Source: Mayamaea pseudoterrestris
Lineage: Eukaryota
Direction: 5' to 3'
Assembly (NCBI GenBank): GCA_027923505.1
Contig: BROI01000001.1
Location: forward strand, 2,914,001 to 2,978,000
Length of the DNA: 64,000 nt
The translations under genes were made by a program, and so were the position numbers. The notes below the pieces were generated by a model. It saw nothing but the letters and a program-made list of their open reading frames with translations, was not told where the DNA came from and made no database searches. Of this stretch, positions 55,128 to 64,000 are shown in pieces (positions within the stretch are counted from its first letter, which is position 1; the number at the start of each line of letters is the position of its first letter).

Positions 55128-56138
55128 ATGGCCAACCTTCGCCGCTGCTTAGCTCCGGCTCTTGTCTCGATGCTCGCATCATCATGCGAGGCTTTCGTGT
55201 CGCTTAACAAGCCTACTATTCGCATGACGCGGGCGTCGTCGTCGTCGTCTCTTTACTCTACGGAAGAAACCGTGGCATTTTCAAAGTACCACGGCTTGGG
55301 AAACGATTTTATTCTCATTGACAATCGTCAGCAATCAGACCCGTCGCTATCACCGCAACAAGCCGCTCATATGTGTCATCGCAACTTTGGAGTTGGCGGC
55401 GATGGCGTCATTTTCGCCTTGAAGCCGCCTTCCGACCAATTTGACGTTGGCATGCGCATTTACAACTCGGATGGTTCAGAACCTGAGATGTGCGGCAATG
55501 GCATTCGTTGCTTAGGACAGTTTTTGAGAGATCTTGATCCGCAGACGAAAGGAACCACGACGACTTACAACATTCATACACTGGCTGGCTTGATTCGCCC
55601 CGTCATGAATGCCGACGATGAAACTATTACTGTTGACATGGGCGAGCCGATTCTATCGGCTGCCAAGGTGCCAACGACGCTTGCGGCGAATGCAAAGGAC
55701 GACTCGGTCGTTGAGCAAGAGTACGAATGTAATGGCAAGACTTGGAAAATATCTGCCGTAAGCATGGGTAATCCGCATGCGATTATTTTCGTGAATGATC
55801 TTGAACACGACTTTGACTTGCACAAGGACGGGCCAGCTTTAGAAAAAGCTGCAGTTTTTCCGGCCAAGACGAATGTAGAGTTTGTACAAGTCGTTTCGCC
55901 AAACCATTTGAAAATGAAGGTATGGGAGCGCGGCGCTGGACCAACGCTGGCTTGCGGAACTGGTGCATGCGCCTTGACGGTGGCTGCCATTCGCGCCGAC
56001 AAAATCCCTCGCGGCAATGGACCAGTGCGAGTGACGCTGCCCGGCGGAGACTTATTCATTGAATGGAAGGAGGAGGACAATCGAGTCTACATGTCGGGGC
56101 CTGCGACGTTTGCGTTTGAAGGCGAGGCGAGAATATAG
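55128..56138 (+). CDS. dapF: Diaminopimelate epimerase, plastid-targeted
   Basis: FSKYHGLGNDF, GVGGDG, EMCGNGIRC, SMGNPH, WERGAGPTLACGTGAC. Presequence ..SSCEA-FVS. Confidence 0.97.
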   Translation: MANLRRCLAPALVSMLASSCEAFVSLNKPTIRMTRASSSSSLYSTEETVAFSKYHGLGNDFILIDNRQQSDPSLSPQQAAHMCHRNFGVGGDGVIFALKPPSDQFDVGMRIYNSDGSEPEMCGNGIRCLGQFLRDLDPQTKGTTTTYNIHTLAGLIRPVMNADDETITVDMGEPILSAAKVPTTLAANAKDDSVVEQEYECNGKTWKISAVSMGNPHAIIFVNDLEHDFDLHKDGPALEKAAVFPAKTNVEFVQVVSPNHLKMKVWERGAGPTLACGTGACALTVAAIRADKIPRGNGPVRVTLPGGDLFIEWKEEDNRVYMSGPATFAFEGEARI

Positions 56139-56270
56139 AGGGCGCTGCTGACAATGCAGCGAGCGGTGGTTGCATTAACGAAAAGGTCGCTTGCTAGATT
56201 GACAGCCACGTACTTGTGTACATTAGGCTGCGTTGCATATATATTCGTTACATCTTTAATGGGCATCTGT

Positions 56271-56481
56271 ATGCGCGATGCGATTGCAGACCGAAGTGCG
56301 CCGGCGCCAACATCTACATGCTCCATCGTTTTTTCCTAACTGTAAATATGTACGATTTGCTATCGAATGCGCGATGCAATTGCAGACGGGCGTCCGCCAG
56401 CACCAACATCTACTTTTACTCTCACTAACGCTGTTGCGCTATATTCTGCGATTGCGGAGCGACCTCCGACACAACATCAAT
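56271..56481. repeat. Degenerate direct repeat (47 bp x2 plus a decayed third copy) between dapF and SIT
   Basis: 56271-56317 and 56367-56413 match at 40/47 positions. Partial copy TGCGATTGCGGA..CAACATC at ~56447-56481. Confidence 0.75.
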
Positions 56482-56621
56482 TCATCAAGGCCAAAGCGTC
56501 ATTGTTCTTTGTTCGCCCTAAGACTCTACACTAATAATCATCTGTAGTAATTATAAATATTTGCTTAATCAATTACGATTACACGGTTCCATATATGAGT
56601 GTTGCATATAGCGCCAACAAT

Positions 56622-59600
56622 TTACGGGGTGACTGGCTCGTCGACATCGGCGTCCGCCTCTTCGAGATCCAATTCGCCTTCCTTCTTGGCAGCAGCAGCG
56701 CGCTGTTCCGAAGTTCCGACAAAGACTTCATCAAGCTGGTAGCCAACAATGTCCTTGTGAATCAACGCAAGAAGCCATGCGGCGGAACAAACGCCAGTCG
56801 CCTCAAGCATGAGGCATAGACGGATGATCAAGTACACAATTGGATTCGAAAGGAACGCAACGGGGAATGATGAGGCAATGATGCGCCAAGCAAGTGATCC
56901 GACAATGGTTGTAATGACGGCTCCAAGCAATCCAGTGTTAAAAAAGTTTTGAAGCCCGTCGCTAACACCGAAAATGTTGCCATCTCCAACGACCACATTG
57001 AGGGTGGTTATGCGAGCAACAACAAACATGCAGACCGTAACACAAACTTGGCGGCCAATCAAAAAGGCTTGAAGATTGCGGCCAGTAAATGTCAATTGGC
57101 AAGTCTTGTAAGCCATGGCATGGTTCTTCAATTCCTCCTCTGGCAAGTTGACGACGGCAAACAGAGCAATCTGCATACCCTCCATCATACCGACAAAACA
57201 CATGAGTACAAAGAAGACAACAACAGAGACAGCTGATGGAACCCCGGCCCACATGGTAGTCTTCTGCTGGAACAGTGCTCCAAGTGTGACGGCAAACGAC
57301 AAGACCAAAATGACAACCGAAAACAAAACGCGAACCCAGAAAAACGTCTTTTGTACCGGCGAACGAGGAGGCTCGTTTGTCGCAATCGGCTGTCGCGAAA
57401 TCTTGGCGAAGAAGATCTGGACAAGGTAGACGGAATGCAGAAGACCCGAATACTCAATGAAAAGCGAGACATATGTTGTGAAAAGCATGAAGTAATTGTT
57501 GATGAAATCAAGCATGCAGTTGGCGGCGTTGACTTGAGCGGTGAGCTGGCCGAGCATGATGGTCATCAAAATCGTCGCCAATCCGGAGCCGACAAAGATC
57601 TGGAGCATTGCATCCGACAAACCCAGGACTTCGGTTCCAGGCAAGGCTGCAGCGCACATGTTAGTAACAAAGACAACTAACACGACGAGAAATTGTCGAC
57701 CGACGATGAAACGCTCCATGTTGTCTCCTTTGTGCGCAAGCTTGGTGTTCTTCAGGGCTCGTGGATGGCTTTCAGCGTAAAGCTCCTTGTCAATCGGCTG
57801 CAAGCCAACCAAGGCGCCTTGGCCTCCTTCCATCATGGCAAGCCAGCAAATGACGAAGAGCAAGAGGAAAAAGGCAACAAGCGGGTGCGACTGCGATGAG
57901 ATCTTGGTTTGCTCCGTGAAAATGGCAGCCAACACGACCATGACGGAAAACACAAGCAAGCCAAGCGAGTAGGCGTACTTGACAACAGTGACAGTAACAT
58001 CAATGTCCTTGTCGCGGCGGGTAACGGGAGCTTTGGTGTGACGAGGCGCATCCTCGAGGTAAACCTCGTCGGGTTGGAAACCGACCATCAACTTGTTCCA
58101 GCGACCAAGCACCCAGGCGGCAGAGCAAAGGCCACTTGCCTCGAGCAAGAGACACAGACGGATGATTAAGTAAATCATTGGATTCGAAAGGAAGGCAACC
58201 GGGAAGGACGAAGCAATGATACGCCAGGCCAATGAAGCAACAATCGTTGTGATGATAGCTCCAAGCAGGCCCGTGTTGAAGAAAGCCTGGACGCCGTCAC
58301 TCACTCCAAACATGTTTCCCTCGCCAATGACGACGTTCAGCGTTGTGATACGGGCGACAACAAACATGCACACAGTCACACAGATCTGGCGACCAATCAA
58401 GAAGGCTTGCAGGTTCTGGTCACGGAACGTGAGTTCGCAGTTAGTGTAGGCGATGGCATGGTTCTTCAGCTCTTCCTCTGGCATATTCACGACGGCAAAC
58501 AGAGCAATCTGCATGCCTTCCATCATTCCAACGAAGCACATCAGGATGATGAAGACAACAACAGAAACCGCTGGAGGAACGCCGTCCCACATGGTTGTCT
58601 TCTCTTGGAAGAGAGCGCCGAGTGTAACCGCGAAAGCAAATCCGAGGACGAGGCAAGACATGAGGACTCGTGCCCAGAAGAAGATGTTCTGAATGAATGT
58701 GCGAGGCTCTTCCTTGGATTCGATTGGCGTGCCGGTGACCTTGGAGAAGAAGAGCTGTACCAAGTACACTGAATGGACGAGTCCAGTCATCTCGATGAAC
58801 AAGGCAACGTAGGTCGTGAAAAGCATGAAATAGTTGTTGACAAAGTCGAGCATGCAATTGGCGGCATTTACTTGAGCAGTGAGCTGACCAATGTTGATGG
58901 CGATCAAGATCAAAGCGATTCCTGTTCCCAAGAAAATGTCGTTGACAGCCGACGGTAGTCCGAGTACTTGAGCTCCCGTGACGGACGACGCCATCATGTT
59001 GGAGACGAACACAACCAGGACAACCAAGAACTGACGACCAAGAATGAACCGTTCCATATTGTCGCCCTTGTGTGCGAGGGTGGTATTCTTGAGCGCCCGC
59101 GGATGGCTTTCAGCATACAAGGACTTGTCGACAGGCTGAAGACCGACCAAAGCTCCTTGACCTCCTTCCATCATGGCGAGCCAGCAAATTAAGAACCAAA
59201 AAATGAAGAAGGCAGCGATGGCGGGAATTCCCTTGCTGACTGCGCTTGACTGGCCGGTAAAGATTGCCGCCATTACCATGATCAGAGCAAAGGCCAACAG
59301 GCCGAGAGAGTAAAGGAACTTGAAGACTGTAACGAGGCGGTCAATGTCCTTGTCGCGACGGGTTACCGGCTCGGATCCATGCGGTTCGGCGCCTTCAAGA
59401 TGAACCTCGTCGGGCTGATAGTTGACAAGAGGCTTGTGGTAGCGCGCCAAGACCCACGACGCAGAGCACACTCCAGACTTTTCAAGCATCAAGCACAAGC
59501 GAATGATCAAGTAGACAAGCGGGTTGGACAAAAAGGCAACCGGAAACGAGGAAGCGACAATGCGCCAAGCGAGCGACCCGACAATGGTTGTGATAATGGC

Positions 59601-60932
59601 ACCAAGCAACCCTGTGTTGAAGAAGTTCTGCAATCCGTCACTGACTCCAAAGATATTGCCTTGCCCAACCGTCACATTGAGAGTAGTAATGCGGGCAACG
59701 ACAAACATGCAAACGGTGACGCAAATCTGGCGGCCAATCAAAAATGCTTGGAGATTTTGGTCGCGGAAGCAAAGCTGGCAAGTCTTGTGCGCCATGGCAT
59801 GGTTCTTTAGCTCCTCCTCAGGCAAGTTGACAACAGCAAACAAGGCAATCTGCATTCCTTCCATCATGCCGACAAAGCACATGAGCACGAAGAAAACGAC
59901 AACCGAGACGGCCGATGGCACTCCATTCCACATGGTCGTCTTCTCTTGAAACAAGGCAGCCAAGGTAACAGCAAACGCATAGCCCAAGACGGTCAAAGAG
60001 AGCAAGACGCGTCCCCAAAAGAGCAAGTTCATGGCGCCGCTTCGCGGAGGCTCGTTCGACTCGACTGGCTTGCCCGTCAGCTTGGCAAAAAACATTTGAA
60101 CCAGGTAAACCGAGTGCAAGAGACCAGACATTTCAATAAAGAGCGACACGTATGTGGTAAAGAGCATGAAGAAGTTGTTGATGAAATCAAGCATGCAATT
60201 CGCCGCGTTCACTTGCGCCGTGAGCTGTCCGAGCATAATCATGACGAGGATCAAGGCAACGCCCGAGTCAAGAAAGACCTTGGTGACTCCGCTTGGGAGG
60301 CCGAGCACTTCGGCGCCAGCAACTGAGGAAGCCATCATGTTGGAGATAAAGACAACCAAGACGACGAGGAACTGACGGCCAATGATAAAGCGCTCCATAT
60401 TGTCTCCCTTGTGAGCAAGCTGCGTGTTCTTGAGGGAGCGAGGGTGACTCTCCGCGTAAAGCGTTTTGTCGACAGGCTGGAGTCCAACCAAAGCTCCTTG
60501 TCCGCCTTCCATCATGGCCAACCAGCAGACGAGGAAGCAAAAGATGAAAAAGGCAGCGACTGGCGGAATTCCCATCGTCGACGTTCCAACCGTTTGCGAG
60601 CTGAACATGGCCGACAAAACAATGACGAGCGAAAAGACCAAGAGCCCCATCGAGTACAAGTACTTGAGCGACTCAATGCCCGATCCAATCACCGAGTGCG
60701 TTCCCTTGATCGAGTTCTTCTTGTCGCCATCCTTGCCTTCGCCTGGAAAGTGCTCAAGCTTGCCGTCAGCGTCGGCCTGCGGAAACACCTTGCCCTCGTG
60801 CAACACCTCCTCGGAAAGGTCGCCAACGCTCGCCTCGTCGTCGTCGGCACTTCCATGCGCTTTGAAAGGATTGTCCATGCCGAGGGCGGCGGCGTCCTCG
60901 ACGAAAATCATCTTTTCTTGATTCTCCGACAT
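56622..60932 (-). CDS. SIT: Triplicated silicon (silicic acid) transporter: three SIT units in one intronless ORF
   Basis: Three copies of the series EGGQ / GRQ / QxNAANCMLD / EGMQ / GRQ, at periods of 1344 and 1341 nt. ATG at 60932 (MSENQEK). Confidence 0.97.
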   Translation of the reverse strand: MSENQEKMIFVEDAAALGMDNPFKAHGSADDDEASVGDLSEEVLHEGKVFPQADADGKLEHFPGEGKDGDKKNSIKGTHSVIGSGIESLKYLYSMGLLVFSLVIVLSAMFSSQTVGTSTMGIPPVAAFFIFCFLVCWLAMMEGGQGALVGLQPVDKTLYAESHPRSLKNTQLAHKGDNMERFIIGRQFLVVLVVFISNMMASSVAGAEVLGLPSGVTKVFLDSGVALILVMIMLGQLTAQVNAANCMLDFINNFFMLFTTYVSLFIEMSGLLHSVYLVQMFFAKLTGKPVESNEPPRSGAMNLLFWGRVLLSLTVLGYAFAVTLAALFQEKTTMWNGVPSAVSVVVFFVLMCFVGMMEGMQIALFAVVNLPEEELKNHAMAHKTCQLCFRDQNLQAFLIGRQICVTVCMFVVARITTLNVTVGQGNIFGVSDGLQNFFNTGLLGAIITTIVGSLAWRIVASSFPVAFLSNPLVYLIIRLCLMLEKSGVCSASWVLARYHKPLVNYQPDEVHLEGAEPHGSEPVTRRDKDIDRLVTVFKFLYSLGLLAFALIMVMAAIFTGQSSAVSKGIPAIAAFFIFWFLICWLAMMEGGQGALVGLQPVDKSLYAESHPRALKNTTLAHKGDNMERFILGRQFLVVLVVFVSNMMASSVTGAQVLGLPSAVNDIFLGTGIALILIAINIGQLTAQVNAANCMLDFVNNYFMLFTTYVALFIEMTGLVHSVYLVQLFFSKVTGTPIESKEEPRTFIQNIFFWARVLMSCLVLGFAFAVTLGALFQEKTTMWDGVPPAVSVVVFIILMCFVGMMEGMQIALFAVVNMPEEELKNHAIAYTNCELTFRDQNLQAFLIGRQICVTVCMFVVARITTLNVVIGEGNMFGVSDGVQAFFNTGLLGAIITTIVASLAWRIIASSFPVAFLSNPMIYLIIRLCLLLEASGLCSAAWVLGRWNKLMVGFQPDEVYLEDAPRHTKAPVTRRDKDIDVTVTVVKYAYSLGLLVFSVMVVLAAIFTEQTKISSQSHPLVAFFLLLFVICWLAMMEGGQGALVGLQPIDKELYAESHPRALKNTKLAHKGDNMERFIVGRQFLVVLVVFVTNMCAAALPGTEVLGLSDAMLQIFVGSGLATILMTIMLGQLTAQVNAANCMLDFINNYFMLFTTYVSLFIEYSGLLHSVYLVQIFFAKISRQPIATNEPPRSPVQKTFFWVRVLFSVVILVLSFAVTLGALFQQKTTMWAGVPSAVSVVVFFVLMCFVGMMEGMQIALFAVVNLPEEELKNHAMAYKTCQLTFTGRNLQAFLIGRQVCVTVCMFVVARITTLNVVVGDGNIFGVSDGLQNFFNTGLLGAVITTIVGSLAWRIIASSFPVAFLSNPIVYLIIRLCLMLEATGVCSAAWLLALIHKDIVGYQLDEVFVGTSEQRAAAAKKEGELDLEEADADVDEPVTP

Positions 60933-62115
60933 GGTCAGAGTGAGTCTCCAGGTCAAGTCCTATTCGAATACCTTGGCGGAGAAAGTGAATTGACGAAAGT
61001 ATTTGCATGTGTGAGTCAATATGTATATCATGGCGCAGCACAACGCATCTGCTCGAGCCAATTCGTCATGTTCGTGGCGCGAGAACGACACCAAGACAAG
61101 TCTCATCCATTCCCTCTCGTGTCCTCGGGTGACTTTCGTGACGCAAGCCTCTCGGTCACGAGACGTTATCGGCTGCAAGGTTCTCGATAACGTCTTCATG
61201 GTCGTCCCATGGCACATTTACTCGACCGCAAACCGTCACTTACCTCCTGGATTGGATTAATGGACGACTACTCCAGCAGCGATGACATGGTCACCATAGT
61301 CGGAGGGATATCGTCGCTGATTTTCCCAAGGTTTGGTCCGTTTTTGGGCAGTTATCCAGGCCTAAGTGATAGCCAATTGGCGGCAGACGGGGGTCTCTCA
61401 CACGTTCCACAATTTAACCGGAAGGGGTATGTTACGGTTTATTTGGAACGCAAAGGAGTCCGGAGAAATTTTCCTTCACAAGACTGCACGCGCGCCCTTG
61501 CCGGCGATCGACGTTGGGGCGGAGTCGTCATTACCGGATAGACACGTCCACGCTGCGCGGCATCTTTTCTGCATCGCTGTTTTGACGAATCGATTGATCA
61601 AGCCGCAAGCGAAACACATCATCATGCATGTCGTCTAAAGTATCGACTACTTGTGAATCGGATAGTACATTGCATGATTGCAAGCCCATCAAGTGCTTTA
61701 GCCAGAATGAGTTCTTCTGATTGCCTGGCAACTTGGACACATTGACGCTAACCAAATGTCCCGCATTCTGTATGACGCAGTTCTGCCTCGTCCAGCTACG
61801 ATATTCCGATCATAGATATGCCTCGAGCTAAAGGCACTCTCGACTTTCATCTCGAGGAGCGATGTGAAACTTCTGCCGTACTATAGAGTATAATGAACAT
61901 TATTGTATACTGTATATACTGTACTGCTCGGTGGAAGGGACCGGAGAGCTAAAACTATCTACCTTGGAGCGAAGACGCCGTCCAATCGCAGTACAGCGCC
62001 AGATTAACCTTTAAAGGAAAAATTACAGTTGCTGCTGCTTCATAAATGCGGCTATACTTTCGTCGCTTGTCGCACCTCGTTTCGTAAAACTACTAGCTAT
62101 CAGTAAGTACAGTGA

Positions 62116-62703
62116 TTACGTTTCCTTCTGTAGCTTGCTCAATATATCATGGACCAAATTCTTCATGACTGGTTGGCCTCGACTCGTCTTTTGTTGTAAA
62201 AGTTCTGTTCGCTTTTTACGATGAGCCAGTGCGCGATGCCGCTCCTGTTCCTGCTTCTTTTGTTCCTTCTTGATGCGATCGGCATCTGCCTGCTTCTGTT
62301 CAGCTTTTGTTTTGGTGGATTCCTTGGCATGCTTCTTTGATGTGTCCTTTGTTACATTTGAAACGTTCGCTTCCTGGTCTACCTCCTTGTTGCTGTTATC
62401 TGCCTTGTTGTCCTCTTGTTCGTTGTTGTCTTCTGCTGCTGCTGCCGCCACGACACGTCGTCTCTTGGCTCCAGTCCCTGGTTCATAGCCATGCTTTTGC
62501 ATGACCTTTTTATACTGTCGAAGCTCCTTGGACGTATGTAGACGCTTCTTTTCCTTGCGCTTGCGAAATTCCTGGAGCGCCTTGACGGGGCCAGTCGTTT
62601 TGGTGGCGGAACTGCCTGTCAGCAGCGACGGCATTCTGCGGCGATGGTTGCTGGTGCTATCATTATTCCTGTTAGATGTTGTTGGACGTCGATTGTCGGA
62701 CAT
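62116..62703 (-). CDS. rRNA-processing (Fyv7/CCDC59-like) basic coiled-coil protein
   Basis: Lys/Arg-rich. C-terminal KTSRGQPVMKNLVHDILSKLQ. Confidence 0.7.
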   Translation of the reverse strand: MSDNRRPTTSNRNNDSTSNHRRRMPSLLTGSSATKTTGPVKALQEFRKRKEKKRLHTSKELRQYKKVMQKHGYEPGTGAKRRRVVAAAAAEDNNEQEDNKADNSNKEVDQEANVSNVTKDTSKKHAKESTKTKAEQKQADADRIKKEQKKQEQERHRALAHRKKRTELLQQKTSRGQPVMKNLVHDILSKLQKET

Positions 62704-63029
62704 GGTTACTATTTTCTCGTTAACGCCGACTGTCAGTTCCAACCACAGACAATCTGACGAGCAAAGAAATTGGAGGAGTGATGACTGCGAGAAAGCAGCG
62801 CTGATTGATCATGGTCAAGTCGAGGTTCGCAAAGCGTGACTGGTGACGAACGAAATTGGCGCGAACGGACGACGGACAGACGCTGTCGAGGAACGTGACG
62901 GCGAACGTTTCGATTTATTGCGCGCAGTGATAAGAGCAGCATCTAGCATCTACAAACCCATCTGCACCTCTATTGAACTTGTCTTGCCTTCGAGACTTGA
63001 CTTGGAAACGTTTTTTAACAAGCAGCATC

Positions 63030-64000
63030 ATGACGGCATCGAGTCCACTGTTCATTCTTTACGGCTCGGCGACTGGCAATGCGGAACACATTGCCAAGGA
63101 TCTTGCCTCGCAAGTTCCCGGATCAATTTGCTGTCCGATGGACGACTTTAAGAAGAAAGCCATGCCTACTTGGGAGACGAAACCTGCAGATGGAAGCAAG
63201 CATGCTGTATTGTTTCTCACGTCTACTACCGGAAATGGCGATGCACCTGAAAATGCAAGTCGCTTCGTTCGATTCTTGAAGCGCAAGACATCATCGCCAA
63301 CTACATTTGAGAATTGCGTCTATGCTGTACTGGCACTGGGAGACTCCAACTATGACAAATTTTGTCAGGCAGGAAAGGACGTAGATCGACGTGCTCACGA
63401 GTTGGGAGGAACGCGCGTTCGGCCATTGGCTTGCGCCGACGAAGGAACTGGGTTGGAGGATGTCGTTGAGCCATGGACGCATTCGATCCTGCAGGACATT
63501 TCAAATGCCCGACTGGGACGCAATATTGTTAATGAGGAAGGCATCAAAGAAATTACGAATGAGGTAAAGGAGAAGGAGGAAGAATTGAAACTTGCGAATG
63601 GCGATGTTAAAAAAGTATCGACTGAGAAAGCTGCTCCTCCGACTTTGCCCGATGCCAGCGCTGCACCTGTTACTCCCGACGCATCAGCAGGAGTCGCGAT
63701 TGTACGATCAATACTGAAACTAGACAACATTGACTCTCCTTTGGAGCCAGTCGACCCCAAACTTTTGCCTCCTCTCACAAGTAAGCTGAGCTCGTGCCAA
63801 CTGGTCCACCATCAGAATGGCGATGATGAATTGGTTACGCATCGAGACCGCAGTGCATCTTTGGCCGAGACCATGTCGTCTGGCAGCAGTGTCACGTTGC
63901 ATTACAATCTACAAAAGCCGTTTGCGTCGCGCGTACTAAAGGCCCGCTACTTGACAAAAACTCCTGTGGAGGCAGCTCAGCAAGCGGCCAGCCTGTCGGT
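63030..64000 (+). CDS. MTRR: Diflavin reductase, methionine synthase reductase-like (5' part; runs off the window and is not in the ORF track)
   Basis: MTASSPLFILYGSATGNAEHIA, STTGNGDAPENA, YAVLALGDSNYDKFC, ADEGTGLEDVVEPW. The frame appears open to the window end. Confidence 0.8.
   Translation, partial: MTASSPLFILYGSATGNAEHIAKDLASQVPGSICCPMDDFKKKAMPTWETKPADGSKHAVLFLTSTTGNGDAPENASRFVRFLKRKTSSPTTFENCVYAVLALGDSNYDKFCQAGKDVDRRAHELGGTRVRPLACADEGTGLEDVVEPWTHSILQDISNARLGRNIVNEEGIKEITNEVKEKEEELKLANGDVKKVSTEKAAPPTLPDASAAPVTPDASAGVAIVRSILKLDNIDSPLEPVDPKLLPPLTSKLSSCQLVHHQNGDDELVTHRDRSASLAETMSSGSSVTLHYNLQKPFASRVLKARYLTKTPVEAAQQAASLS

Noticed and set aside
56949..61190. Many + strand ORFs, themselves repeated, opposite the SIT gene
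   Set aside because: Antisense shadows of a codon-biased, triplicated CDS with no independent protein features.
61236..61255. ACTTACCT resembling the U1 snRNA 5' end
   Set aside because: No U1 stem-loops or Sm site recognisable downstream; it is equally just the complement of a splice-donor word.

Overview
This is gene-dense eukaryotic nuclear DNA with short GT-AG introns. It is almost certainly from a diatom, based on a silicon transporter and bipartite signal + 'AF' plastid-targeting presequences. I can support about 39 protein-coding genes, mostly arranged head-to-head or tail-to-tail. Housekeeping genes include RPL36A, POP4-like, a SUMO protease, COG6, mitochondrial ClpX, RER1, proteasome beta-2, cysteine synthase, HIS7, POLR3F, NDUFB9, dapF and a partial MTRR. 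A group of regulators (WEE1, Mei2-like, HMCES, a TALE-homeodomain/RING protein and a TAZ-finger protein) lies at 37-52 kb, and a group of cell-surface genes lies at 11-16 kb. The most striking feature is an intronless ~1,436-aa silicon transporter made of three complete SIT units, joined by two homologous PVTRRDKDID linkers and showing mosaic similarity between units. Other notable items are a GH18 chitinase whose signal peptide begins at ATA rather than ATG, a HopJ-like/membrane-domain fusion, an intron-containing bacterial-type SMR transporter, a 42-bp TGACG-bearing minisatellite upstream of RER1, and a possible pseudogene relic beside it. I found no tRNA, rRNA, CRISPR array or intact transposon. 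Family calls come from motif recognition by eye, not from database searches.
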